Shown: piece by piece, positions 1 to 12,641 of the stretch
Position numbering within the stretch: the first letter of the stretch is position 1
Layout: each line of letters begins with the position of its first letter
Assembly (NCBI GenBank): GCA_951406725.2
Contig: OX597827.1
Coordinates: forward strand, 4,216,001-4,280,000
Source: Octopus vulgaris
Taxonomy: Eukaryota
Length of the DNA: 64,000 nucleotides
Reading direction: 5' to 3'
The notes under the pieces: generated by a model
Told to the model about the DNA's origin: nothing
The model's input: only the letters and a program-made list of their open reading frames with translations
Databases searched by the model: none
Translations under genes and position numbers: made by a program

Positions 1-320
1 GTGATGGTTTTTGTGATTGTTGTTATGGTCGTTGTTGTTGATGTTGTGATTGTTATGGTTGACGATGATGATGATGATGAATTTGTTGTTGCTGTAAACG
101 TTGGTGATGTTGGTCATTGCTATTGGTTAATGTTGTTGTTGTTAATATTGTTTCTAAGAATACATTTTATATATTACTGCTGTTATGTTGTTGTTGATGA
201 TAATGATGATGGTTGTATTGTTGTCGTTAACGCTGTTATTGTTAATATTGTTGTTGTGGTTTTATTTTCCATATTGCTGTTGTTGTGGCTGTTGTAATAG
301 TTATTGATGTTGTTGCAGTT
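1..320. repeat. Degenerate (GTT/GAT)n low-complexity tract
   Basis: Direct reading of the sequence. Confidence 0.85.
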
Positions 321-1004
321 ACTCTTTTACTCTTTTACTTGTTTCAGTCATTTGACTGCGGCCATGCTGGAGCACGTTAATGTTTTTTGCTTTTGTTGTT
401 CTAGAATAGAACACCTCTCCCTCACACACACCAAACAGCTCTCTCTCTCTTTCGCTCTCTTTCTCTCTTTCACAACCTCTCCCTTTCACACACACTCTCT
501 CTCTCTCTTTCGCTCTCTTTCTCTCTTTCGCTCTCTTTCTCTCTTTCATAACCTCTCTCCCTTTCACACACACACACACACTCTCTCTCTCTCTCTCTTA
601 CTCTACCATACTATAGCATGGTAGAAATAAATTATTGATGAAATTCATGAGTTTATACGTGGTCGTCTGGAGATCAAATTTTCCCATGGGCATGACAGAC
701 ACAAAAAGAAGCCATTACAGTGTATCTTTCGTTGTAGATAAACTCTCTCCCTCCTGAATACAATGGAACTAATCAGTCGTTGATGATATCTCTGATAAGG
801 AGAAAGTCAAGAAATTGATTTTTTTTTGTCACTGTTGTTGTTGTTGTTGTTGTTGTTGTTGTCACATTTGAATGAGAAAAAAATGAAATTTTAGAAAAAA
901 AGAAGCAAAAAAGAGGAAAATGTTAAACAAATAAAGGGAGGAGTTATTCTGATAATGATATTTTTTATCTATGAGAACTATATTCATAAGTGCTAAAATA
1001 TTCC

Positions 1005-1086
1005 AGCTTACATACATACATATATGTATACATACATACATACATACACACACACACATACATACATACATACATACATACATACA

Positions 1087-1122
<36 letters not shown>

Positions 1123-1162
1123 TATATATATCTATATCTATATATATATATATATATATATA
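1005..1162. repeat. (TACA)n/(TA)n compound microsatellite
   Basis: Direct reading. Many similar tracts occur across the window (e.g. 7170-7290, 24740-24910, 38080-38360). Confidence 0.95.
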
Positions 1163-1379
1163 AAGGTTGTATAAATAAAACATCTTAATTGCTCCATCAG
1201 CAGATGTTTTACTTGAAAAATGAACCACTTATTGATGTAAAAGATGTTTACACTTTCATTTCTGAAGCTCAGAAAAATTTCTTTTCATAAAACCTAACCT
1301 AGTTCATTTTGATTGAACATATTTCACTCAAACTTTTAAATTCATCATAAAAATAAAATGAAAAAATTAATACACATAA

Positions 1380-1600
1380 TGATTTCAAATTTTGGTACAT
1401 GGCCACAGTTTCAGGGTGTGAGAAAGTCAATTACATTGATCTCCCTGGGGCTCAACTGATATTCATTTTATTGACACCAAAAGTATGAAAGGCAAAATAA
1501 GCCTTGGTGGAATTTGAACTCAGAATGTAAAGATGGACAAAACGCCACTAAGCATTTTTCCCAGTGTGCTAACAATTCTGCTAGCCTGTTTCCTTAATTA
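1380..1600 (-). mobile_element. Degenerate tRNA-derived SINE with a GCCTTTCATCC-type central domain
   Basis: Similar to the better-preserved copy at 18173-18411. Other old copies lie near 4770-4960, 7800-8010, 16840-17245, 32960-33150 and 52400-52560. Confidence 0.7.
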
Positions 1601-1762
1601 GCATGCAGTGATGTAGCTAGAGTGTGTGCTGCCTGGGGCAGTCCTTGAGTTCAATTCCTAACTTCTGTCCCTTTCATTCTTCATCCCCCTTTTTCCTTCT
1701 CTCTCACTCTCTCTGCCTATATATATATATCCTGGCAGATGCCAGGACCCCTGGACTGGAGA

Positions 1763-2131
1763 TACGTAAAAAGCACTATCCGAATCGTGGCCGATGCCAG
1801 CGCCACCTCGACTGGCTTCCGTGTCAGTGGCACGTAAAAAGCACCATCCGAATCATGGCCGAAGCCAGTGCCGCCTCGACTGGCTTCCGTGCAGGTGGCA
1901 CGTAAAATGCACCAATCCGACCGTGGCCGATGACAGCCTCGCCTGGCACCAGTGCAGGTGGCACGTAAAAAGCACCCACTACACTCACGGAGTGGTTGGC
2001 GTTAGGAAGGGCATCCAGCTGTAGAAACACTGCCAGATAAGACCGGAGCCTGGTGCAGCCTTCTGGCTTCCCAGATCCCTGGTCGAACCGTCCAACCCAT
2101 GCTAGTATGGAGAACGGACGTTAAACGATGA
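1763..2131 (+). mobile_element. 3' end of RTE-clade LINE (5'-truncated) with internal ~50-bp repeats and (GAT)n tail
   Basis: Repeated GTGGCACGTAAAAAGCACCA units and a terminal CCCATGCTAG...GGACGTTAAACGATGAT. The same sequence runs into RTE ORF coding at 57720-58065. Confidence 0.8.
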
Positions 2132-2399
2132 TATCAATACACTTATATGCTCATAACTTACATGAGAATATGATAACAGTATAACATCTCCCTCTCTCTT
2201 CCTTGAATCAAACTGTTTTAATTTCTCAATGCCATCATTAAAAACGTCAAGTTGGAAAAAAATGATCTGTCGCATCTTTGGCATGATCACCTTAAGGGTA
2301 CTTCCTTGATGCTTACCCTTTAAATAAGCAATAAATTTTATATTCTATTTTTTTTCTTTCTTTGCAGATTACTTCAAATCTTGGATAAATTTGTATTAA

Positions 2400-3262
2400 T
2401 TTTACCCTTTTAAAATGAGTTTAGATCAGATCCATATCAAACACTTCATGCACAAATACAAGAGGAGTGAGTTCTTCAACAATGAAAGTAGCAAGAAATA
2501 TTTGTTCTGCCTATGGAAAGTCTTTAGACATGCCAATAGTAGTTTGGTTATTTCCACTTGAGAAATTTTTCTGTTGGAAATTTCACTCAATATGGATAAC
2601 CAATTCTGATAAAATTGTATAAAATTGTAGTTTCGAAAAATCGTAAGCAAACTGCATGAGAATTAGCAAAGATGTTCAATTCAAGTCACACTTTGATCAT
2701 AAAATAACTTCATGAACTAAGAAAAGTGTCTAAACTTGGTCAGTGAGGCCCTCGTTATCTGACTGATTCCCAGGTTAGCCCTCTACTTGTCCTTGAAGAA
2801 TAGTTTTGCTGCTAAACCTTTCTTGGGTAGATTTATCACAACTGATGAAAAGTGGGCTCTTTATAATCATCTCCAATGCAAATGACAATGGTTAACACAC
2901 AACGTAAAAGAAAATCTACCCCCCAAACCAGAGCTATACTTAATAAATAGTTATGCTCTATGTTAGATAAGATATGAAGAGTATTGTCAATCAAAAGGTG
3001 ATAAACCAATATGAAACAGTTAACATGGATAAATATAGTAATCAATTTGAAGCATTGTACAAACATTTTCAGAAAACGTGTTCATCCTTGGTTAGTTGTA
3101 AGAGGATGTTGCTCTTACATGATAATCTGAGACCACATATTACTCAAGTAACTCAGGAAAAGATTATTATGTCTCTAAATATGACAGTTTTGCCTCATTC
3201 TTCTTATTTTTCTACCATTACTCCATCTTTTCAGATCTTTGCAACATTATTTTATGGGAAAA
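2400..3262 (+). mobile_element. Decayed mariner (Hsmar/Mos1-like) transposase pseudogene
   Basis: Translated by hand: HELRKVSKLGQ*GPRYLT (WVPHEL-like, 2711), FLGRFITTDEKWALYN (first catalytic D, ~2845), LLHDNLRPH and VLPHSSYFS (YSPDL-like). Stops and frameshifts are present; it is interrupted at 3263 by an RTE tail. Confidence 0.85.
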
Positions 3263-3455
3263 CAGGTGGCACGTAAAAAGCACCCACTACACTCACGGAG
3301 TGGTTGACGTTAGGAAGAGCATCCAGCTGTAGAAACACTGCCAGATCTGACTGGGCCTGGTGAAGCCTTCCGGCTTCACAGACCCCAGTTGAACCGTCCA
3401 ACCCATGCTAGCATGGAAAACGGACGCTAAATGATGATGATGATGATGATGATGA
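3263..3455 (+). mobile_element. RTE LINE 3' fragment with (GAT)n tail
   Basis: Near-identical to 1955-2131. Confidence 0.8.
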
Positions 3456-4029
3456 CGAGGGTAAAAATGATATTGAGTGTTCAAACCTGAAGGTTGTTAT
3501 GTCAAATAGATGGGACATTTTATCATATTATATCAATAATAAATATCATATTATCATATTATATTAATAATAAATATATCAATTAAAACCAAAGAAATGT
3601 TTTGTTTCTTTCCCATCTTGAAATATGATGAGACTTTTTTTATAACCTAACAGTTAACTTATTAGACTATTACTGTTGAAAATAAAAAAGAATTTTTATT
3701 TTCAAAGCTGCAACTTATGAGAAATAAACAAAAATATGAATTTGAATTCGTGTCTCATTAGAAAATTTATAAATAAACGTTTGTTTCTTTTTAGCTTAGT
3801 TTCATAAGTTGCATTTATCTCTCTTATCTATTTATCTATCTGTCTGATGTGTGTCTATGTCTGTGTGTGTGTCTGTATGTGTGTGTATACATACCAGTCT
3901 GTCTATTTTTCGCTCTCTATTTTTTCCTTTTTCTCCTCTCTTCTTCTCTCTCATCAGTTCCTTTCCTTCCATCATTTCCAAAAGGTTGAATAATTAATTT
4001 CTTACATCCATTTTTCAAGTAATCTACTC

Positions 4030-4440
4030 CATACCCTTTCATAAAAGCAGGTAAAACTACAGGTGTCAATGTAGGACATACCTTATTGATTGCCCATGAC
4101 ATCCAATAACCATCCAAAATAGATTTGTCTTTCATTCTAAGACGACATCAATTCCTAATTAGATAGACCTGGATTCACCATGTCAATACAACAAAAGTTA
4201 AGAGCAAACCTTATCAAGATGCAGCTTTTATCTCCTTACTACATGACCAGTTGTATGTCACTCTTAGCAGAGTTAGGGATCTTTCACATTAGAAACTTTT
4301 TACTGATCAAAATCCTTTCACTAAATGAAAAGAATGTTTCAGACATCTCAGTTATGAAAATGTTAAATTCACAAACACTCTTACATACACAGTGTCTGAT
4401 TGAAAAGATGTCCTGTTTAGGAAATATTGTCTACAGAAAA
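4030..4440 (+). pseudogene. Decayed PIF1-family helicase C-terminus, most likely a Helitron RepHel relic
   Basis: Across three frames: IKAGKTTGVNVGHTLLI...DLSFILRRHQFLIR*, FTMSI/NKS*EQTLSRC, HDQLYVTLSRV, NIVYR. These match the canonical PF.LRRRQFPIR, FAMTINKSQGQT, HGQLYVALSRV and KNIVY motifs in order. Confidence 0.82.
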
Positions 4441-7233
4441 AAAAGGAAAGGTAAAAAAAAATACATATTTTGTTCTATTAAATGTTTCTTTTATTTGAAT
4501 TATTGCTTTACCTTTTTATTTCTTTCTCCTTTTTTCTTCTTCTTTTTTTTTGTGGGGTGTTTAAACATATATCAGTGAAGTGAAATATTACTAATTCTGT
4601 GTAGAAAACAATGAGCCATATATTAATGTTTACATGGAAATGTGGCCATTACCTTGTTACTACAATTGCCTCAAATGTTGGAGCAGCTACCACTAAACCT
4701 TGCCTATGGTTAGAAAACTCATCATCACCATCACCCCTATCACAACAACTGCAAGAAGGAACTTAAGAGTCGTAGGCCTGAAATTTTGGTGCAAGGAGCT
4801 AAGTGATTAAATTGATCCCATTATTCAACTGGTACTGATTTTAACAGTCCTGAAAATATAAAAGGCAAAGTCAACCTCAGCAGAGTTTTAACTCAGAACT
4901 TAAGGCTGGAAGCATTTTGTACATCATACTAATGATTTTGTTATAGTTTGCCACCTTAAATAGTAATTACAATAGTAAAATTATCTTGTTAACCTTGAAG
5001 AATTTCATGAAAGTTTTTCATTAAACATTTTTGTTAATCTCCTCTTCATTTTTATGCATGTTCCCCAACATGTATATAACTTTTATTTTAAGATAGGAAA
5101 AAAATCATCAAGTACTATATTCAATGACATATAAGATGCACTTTTTGTGAAAAAAATGTCTCAAAAAATACCCCCTGGTGAGCCTCCGAAAAGCTTTAAG
5201 TCATGAAAAGCTTTTTACCTGAATATACACTGTTGAAATTGGGATGTATGTAATATACCCACGTGTCTTTTATGCCATAGAATATGGTATTCCTCAAACC
5301 TAGAATAATAAAGATAATAACAAAACAAAAAAAGTACAATTTGACCATTTAGGAATCAGAAATAGCAACAAGAGAAAATATCTTTACAAAAGGAAAAACT
5401 AGAGAAACGAGATCCTGATAAAAACAGTCCAACAAAAAAAAAAACAAAGATAAAAAGAAGAAAAAAAAAAGCAAGATAGATTGAGTGTAATCATGAATAA
5501 ATTTAATAGAATCCAAGAATACATTAGAACTGATAATATAACAGAGACAAACAAGCTAATAAATGATGCTTGAATTTGTATAACAGAGAAATTAGGAATT
5601 AAGAGACAAACAAACTAAAATGCTGGAGCCATATTGGAAAAAGTTGGATCAAAATAACATCAAAAGACTTTATTGCCAGACTTTGTAGCATTTTAGACTA
5701 AAAAGTCAAACAGCTAGTTGAAAAAAAAAATACATCACAATGTTTGATCCTTGATAAACAATAAAGGATAAATAATAAAAAAAAAAAAGAACTCTTGCAA
5801 TAATAGAGGAATTTAAACAGAGACTCATGGTCCAAACAAGCAAAATTAGAAGATTTAAAAAGGGATAGAACAATATAGCCAGGATTTTGTGATCCATACA
5901 GAACAAAAGCAATTTTACCAAGAGATAGACAAAACTGAAAAACTGGAAAGGTCATATCTAATGTTGAAGAATGAAAATGCTATTCGAATGCAAAAAGTAT
6001 GGCCTATTGTAAACAAGGATGACCAATCTGACAGAAAAACAAATAAAGATAAACTATAGTGGACATTATAAATTATACTCAGAGGGAAACATTGGTCCTT
6101 GCATGATCTTTATACTGTGTTGTAGACTGAGTAATATGGTCCTCAGTTAGATGAAAGCAAGGTATATCTATGGATCACCCTAGTTATTCAGCCACCCACC
6201 ACCTTTACTTATTCTCTTATTTTTCTGATGAAGTACTTGCATCCAAAACATCAAAACTCTTTGCTTTCGTTTTAAGCATTAAACTAATACTTTATTAAAA
6301 TTTGTCCCTCCCATGTTGCCTTCTTTTTGTGTTCTTTGCCTAACATACCTTATGTTTATGGATATGACTGGCTTCCAGCTACTTAGCAACAAAAACAACT
6401 CATTTGGAAAATCTAAGATATTTATGAATAACAAGAGCAATGGCTAGGAAAAAAATTACTTTTCTGTCATAGAAGAATAATTAAGCATTTTAATGATGTC
6501 GTGTGAAACTAAGAACCTTTCTCAGAATGAAGAATATATAATAGAAAACAGAGGTATTACAGCCGACAAATAATGTGTAAGTTATTGACTGTGGCACTAA
6601 CAAAAAGCATAATCATCGTTATACATTTATTCTCCATGCTGGCATGGGTTGGACAGGTCATCAAAGTCCAATTTAGTTCTTACTTGGAGCTACTACTCTT
6701 ATAGCCTGGTTCTGGTACAAGATACATATCTGTGTGTGCGTTCACACACACACATACACATATGATATACGTTTGTATATATGTGTGTGTATTGAAGAAA
6801 GCCATTTAATTAACTTTGAATTTTTGAAAATTCTACAATATTGAACACATTTTTGATTACCAAGAAAATAAATTTAAATTTGATTATAAAAGCTAGGCAC
6901 ACATTATATAAGGGGGTTAAAGTAGCAGCCCTGTGTTATGGTTGCAGCCCTGTATTATTGCAAAATTTAAATGAATGTAATTGGCATTGACTATTTACAT
7001 TACAGTAACAAAATTATATATTTTTCATTAATATAATAAAATGCATCTCTCATCATGTGCACACACACACACATAGATAACTATATACATATAAATATAT
7101 AAACATTTATATTTATATATATATATATACAGAAATATATGCATATCTATATATGTATAAGCTTGTATGTATATGCATATACATACATACATACATACAT
7201 ACCTACATACACATACATACATACATACATACA

Positions 7234-7269
<36 letters not shown>

Positions 7270-7289
7270 TATATATACATATATATATA

Positions 7290-7300
7290 TTATTATTATT

Positions 7301-7347
<47 letters not shown>

Positions 7348-7386
7348 TGATGATAATAATAATAATAATAACAATAATAATAATAA

Positions 7387-7472
<86 letters not shown>
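7290..7472. repeat. (TAA)n-(TAG)n compound trinucleotide microsatellite
   Basis: Direct reading. Confidence 0.95.
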
Positions 7473-7473
<1 letters not shown>

Positions 7474-9240
7474 AGGAAAGAATGCCGAAGGAAGATGGAT
7501 AGATGAATTAGTGAAAGCTAAATTAATACACCAGCATTGCAGGAAGCAGCATTGAAATCTCATTATGGCATGGATCACTTATGATATTATGATTCCCTAA
7601 TTTGTAGATAATAGAATGCTGAGAGATAATGGAGAATATAAGAAAGCTGATTATAAAGGAGTTGGCAAATTGGAAAATAAAATTAAGCTATTCTGTTAAA
7701 GAAATAAGAAATATTACGATCGCTACAGTACTTTTTAAGGTGAAAGTTCACCCCAGCCACCATTCAACTTTGCAATAAGCATGACACCTTTAACTCTGAT
7801 ATTAGTTTCAAATTTTGGCACAAAGCCAGCAATTTCAGGGAGGGGGACAAGTCGATTAAATTGACCCTGGTATTCCGCTGATACTCATTTAATAGACCTG
7901 CAAAGGGATGAAAGACAAAGTCAACCTTGGCAGAGAGTTCAGAACACAAAGACAGGTGAAATACCACTAATCATTTTGCTCAGAGTGTGAACAATTCTGC
8001 CAGCGTGATGCTTTACCTTTTATTCTGATATCAAGAATGATATGGAATGAGTACATTATGAAATGATATGTATGCAAACTTGTTCCAAGCTCATGTGTAT
8101 GTGACTTGGTAGCATGAACCTTGCTTTCATCAATTGTTGTAGGTGCCCTGAATTTGGATTGAATAAAACATTGAAGATGTAACAGTTGGAATAGAGAAGA
8201 CTATGCCAGTGCTCAACTTGTACACATTTTCAGCTCAGTAGACTGCATCAACATGAACAGAAGTGCCTTGCTCAAGAACACAATGTGCTGTCAATCTACT
8301 TTTCTTTACGGATGACTTGAAACCAGTCACAGTTTACTACATAAGTCTTTTGTGAATGCGCATGGCCTAGCATTTAGGATGATTCACTCATGATCATATG
8401 ACTGTGTATACAATTTCTGAACTGAGCAACAAGCTGTGTCCTTGAGTAAGGCCCATTATTTTATGTTGCTCTTGTCTACTCAGTGGTACTGAGGACCAGT
8501 TAGGTGCCATCCTATCTTCTGCTTGATGTCAAATCCTTGATGTTACTCTGGATTAAGGATGGAAGGGCCAAGAGTGGGTGGGGACCTGACCTCTTCTTGT
8601 GATTACACAGGTGCCTAAAACAATTAACAAAAGCATGGTATATAATCTCTAATCCCTACTCACTCATGAGTGATAACTGACTGTGCTGTGAATAGCTCTT
8701 CATCATCCAACAACAAGAATTCAGATGTTCGATCAACATATTCTTAATATAACATGTAAGAAGCTGAGTGTTGTAAAAGCATGTTTATTCTTAGTATAAT
8801 ATTCAGACAGAATCAACGAGATGCATTGTGTATGATGAAGTCAGAACTGGCTGCCCTGGCAAGAGCCACCAAGTATTGATGACCACCCCCATTGAAAGCT
8901 TTCAAGTGATGCAAACTAATGAAATCTTATGACATATGCCCACATATGACAGGCTTCCACATAGTTTCTATTTACCAAATTCACTCACAAGGATTTGGTC
9001 AGCCCATGACTAAAATAAAAGATACTTGGCCAATGTGCCATGCAGTGTCAAGACAAGCTTCTTAACCAAGCAGGCATGTCCGTACCTGTGAGCATTTACT
9101 CAATATATGGCTCAGCTGGTAAGAACAATGAAAATGAGTGAGTTCACTCAGCAGGGTCTTAGGAATGAATGGTAACCTGGTTCCTTGAATAGAATGGAGT
9201 TACTTGAAAGGTCCTTCCAAAATTCTTTTATCTACTGCAC

Positions 9241-10036
9241 TACCCTTTAGCATTTAAATTGGCCATGTTCGGCCCAGATATTCTACCTGTTTTATGTTCA
9301 AGTGAGCCAGATGCAACCTCTCATACCTACCCTACAATGTCATTGCAAAAATAAACAATCATGTCATTGAAATCTTGAAGCTACAGGATAAAGCCTGATT
9401 AATTAAAAACAATGTGAATAAATAAGCATTACATTTATAATAAAAATAATAATGAAATTATTGTATACAGTGCTCAGGTGCACCACAACTTGTCAGAAAG
9501 TGCATATAAAGTACATGCAGTAATGTAGAAATGTCTGGAAAGTGAACAGTGTATGAGTCAGATACATGCTTGTGTGTGTATGGAGGGAGAAAATCAAGTG
9601 TAGTGTTGGCGAATCTCAGGAAGCATGGAAGTTTTGAAGGATGCAGTGCTTCGACAACTAACAACCGATGCCGGCAGTTTGTTCCATGCTTCAGCAACTC
9701 TCAGCGTGAAAAAATGTTTCCTGAAGTCATGGGAGCTGTGCTGTTTTCTTACTTTGTAAATATGTCCACGGGTGTTAGATGGGTGGGGTTTGAAGAGGTG
9801 CTCAGAGTTATGGTTTGTGCGATGGTTGATAATTTTATGGGTGTCTGCCAAGTCAGCTGCCAGACGTCGGAGTTTCAATGTGTCCATGCCCAGGGAAGTA
9901 AGGCGTTCAGGATATGGCAAATGCCTGATGGAGGGTATTCTTTTGGTTGCACGTCGCTGAACAGCTTCCAGACGATTGATGTCCTGGGCAAGATAGGGGT
10001 TCCATTTGACAGAGTAATCTGAATGCTAAAGGGTTA
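9241..10036. mobile_element. piggyBac-like MITE (CCCTTTAGCATT / AATGCTAAAGGG-TTAA ends) interrupted by a CR1 fragment
   Basis: Inverted termini at ~9243 and ~10022-10033, with TTAA on the right. A partial second copy lies near 60380-60520. Confidence 0.6.
9437..10002 (-). mobile_element. CR1-clade LINE, 5'-truncated ORF2 C-terminus plus 3' UTR and (ATT)n tail
   Basis: ORF 9594-9920 reads YPERL..LG..TLKLRR..ADL...TRGH..K.....RKHFFTLRV..WNKLP, typical of a CR1 C-terminus. It is flanked by a CATTT duplication (9432-9436 / 10003-10007). Confidence 0.9.
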
Positions 10037-10879
10037 AGGGAGATTCTAACATTACATGGGAATTTTTCCCTTTAGTTACTTAGAGAACTGGAGGTGCTGA
10101 CACAGTAATACACTGGCTTCAGTATTTGATCCTTAGAAGGAAAGTTAGTAAAAAAAGCCAAACTTGCTATCTCCAGTTCAGTTTTCATACTTATTCTTAT
10201 GAATGTTAGGTAATGATCAAAAGAGTACCATGACAAGTACATGTGGCCAAAATGAAGTTCTTCCTGACATCTTTGAAATAATTTTACTTGACAGGAGGTG
10301 CATAGTTCAGAGATCAGGAGTCTGTCCAAGTTGAGTTGCTACTTCTCCACATTGAGAGGACACAGCTCCAGTAATGTGGACATGTGGTTAGACTGTCACA
10401 GGAAAAGATTGCAAGACAGATTCTTCAAGTTAAGTCAACTGGCAGGAGTACACTAAGAACAAGATGTTTGGATAACCAGTGTGAAAGAGGTACCTGAGGA
10501 CTCTACCCTCACAACTCTCCCATGAAGAGAAAATGAATGGATGGATGGATTGAGTTTTATATAGTTGTTTGATGTTGTCATTATTGGAAGCTTGTTTGGG
10601 TGAGTTTTAGAGAAGAGTTCCTCCAAGTTCTCTTTTGTTCATATATTTTTAGGTATCTCGTTATATATCTCATTAAATTAATGTTATTTCTGTTTACAGC
10701 AGAGAATTTGATGAGGAGTGTTTGTCATGTGTTTGGACAACTACAACAGCAACAACAGCAACTGTTATAGTTGTTTTTGCTGTTTTGTTTGGTGTTATTG
10801 CTGTGGTTGTTATTTATGTGTTACCATCTTATTTTTGTTGGTGTGGTTGTGAGTTTGACAATTGACGTTTTTGTTGTTT

Positions 10880-11160
10880 CGTGGTGGTGGTGGTGGTGGT
10901 GGTGGTGGTAGTGGTGTTTTGGTGTGGTGGTGGTGGTGGTTGTGGTGGTGGTGGTGGTGGTGGTGGTGTGGTGGTGGTGGTGGAGGTGGTCGGTGGTGGT
11001 GTTGGTGGTGGTGGTGGTGGTGGTGGTGGTTCTGGTGGTGGTGGTGGTGATGGTGGTGGTGGTGGTGGTGGTGGTGGTGGTGGTGGTGGTGGTGGTGGTG
11101 GTGGTGGTGGTGGTGGTGGTGGTGGTGGTGGTGGTGGTGTGGGGGTGGTGGTGGTGGTGA
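10880..11160. repeat. Long (GGT)n microsatellite
   Basis: Direct reading; it explains the poly-His/Gly/Val/Trp ORFs. Confidence 0.95.
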
Positions 11161-11304
11161 TGCTGACGGGGATGTGGAGCAGGTTGATGGGCCCTTTACC
11201 ACATCACGGACTCTACTGTCTTTCATCTTGGTATAGTAATTGTGTTTCAATTTTATTCCTTGCTCATCTACAACCGCCTCTTGTGATGAGCTTGTCTTGA
11301 CCAT

Positions 11305-11752
11305 GTTACTCTACAAGAAATTCGAGCCTGAGAGCTCTGCAACTGAAGAAAGAGATACAGAAGTACATAACTTTGGCATCGAGAGTTACACAAATGTGGG
11401 CGCACTGCGTGGTGCCAAGGACTCCAAATTTGCCATCAAGATGTAGGACAAGATACTGTGATAGCCTGGGCTTCCGAGGCCCACAGCTCTTCAATATCCT
11501 CCCAAAGAACCTAAGAGACCTGCATGGGGTGGATGCAGATGTCTTTAAAATGAAACTGGATCTCTTCTTGTCGGGTATCCCAGATGAACCAACTTCACGG
11601 CAGGAAGTGCAGATGAGGGCAGCTGCATCGAACTCTCTCATGCACCAAATGGCAGTTGCTAAAAAGCATTCGTGAAGTAAAACCGTGCAGCAACACCAAG
11701 TGGCGGTGCCCCAGCATGGCCACAGCTCATGAGCTGAAACTAGAATCAATCA
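11305..11752 (+). mobile_element. CR1/L2-group LINE 3' end (second family) with (AATC)n tail
   Basis: SLGFRGPQLFNILPKNLRDL...VFKMKLDLFLSGIPDEP is typical of CR1/L2-group ORF2 ends. A degenerate homologue lies at 49500-50280 on the minus strand. Confidence 0.8.
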
Positions 11753-12327
11753 ATGTGTATGTGCATGTATGTGTTTGTGTTTGGTGAACTTGTGAGGTGG
11801 AATTTTTTTTTTTATTGTAGTAGTGGTAGTAGTATAACTGTCCTTTGGAATTGGTGTTTGGTCTCTGCTACTGTTGCTGGTACTGCAGCTTTCATTGTTA
11901 CTGCTGTCATTTTTTTGTTTTGTTGATATTGTTGCTGTTGTAGTTATTGCTGTTGATATTGTTGTACCTGCTGCAACTTCAGAGTTGTCTTCAGTGTCAG
12001 CTGTTAGTCTTTTGCCTTCTTCTGTGGGTAAAAGTTCCTTTGGTGGTTGGTAGCACCACATATACGGAACCTGTACCTTCTTCCTTCTTCTACTGCTATG
12101 AGCCATGCCAAATGTTGTTTTGCAACTTGATTAAGTTAGGGATGGTTTTGAGCTTTCTCTGATTTGTTTGAATCAAAAGATCTATCCCAATAGCGTATCA
12201 GTTCTCCTCATGTAGTTCATGAATTTCCAATACTCTCTTGTCCTCTTTCTGCTGCTCACCAAAAATTGCTCCATCAGCTGTCAGACATTTACTTCTGGCA
12301 AGCACATCCACTACCTTCACTCATGCC

Positions 12328-12641
12328 TATCATCATCATCATCATCATTTAGCGTCTGCTTTCCATGCTAGCATGGGTTGGACGGTTCAACTGGGGTCTG
12401 GGAAGCCAGAAGGCTGCACTAGGCTCCAGTCTGATCTGGCAGTGTTTCTACGGCTGGATGCCCTTCCTAACGCCAACCACTCCGTGAGTGTAGTGGGTGC
12501 TTTTTACGTGCCACCCGCACAGGTGCCAGACAGGGGCTGGCAAACGGCCACGGACGGATGGTGCTTTTTACGTGCCACTGGCACGGGGGCCAGGCAGGGC
12601 TGGCAATGGCCACGAATGGATGGTGCTTTTTACGTGCCACC
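12328..12641 (-). mobile_element. RTE LINE 3' fragment
   Basis: (CAT)n + TTTAGCGTC..TTTCCATGCTAGCATGGGTTGGACGG and internal GGTGCTTTTTACGTGCCAC repeats. Confidence 0.8.

Noticed and set aside
1763-1980. CRISPR-like repeat-spacer pattern (GTGGCACGTAAAAAGCACCA)
   Set aside because: Eukaryotic context, no cas genes, spacers related to one another, and part of a dispersed RTE 3' UTR.
3917-4578. ORFs 3917-4135(-) and 4180-4578(+) as host genes
   Set aside because: They are antisense or off-frame shadows of the decayed PIF1/Helitron sequence.
5340-6170. A-rich stretch upstream of a CTGATGA motif as a possible Penelope ORF relic
   Set aside because: I could not recover RT or GIY-YIG motifs by eye; this needs a translated search.
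10810-11304. Poly-His/Pro/Gly ORFs (also 27732-28355 and 54802-55651)
   Set aside because: Translations of (GGT)n/(CAC)n microsatellites.
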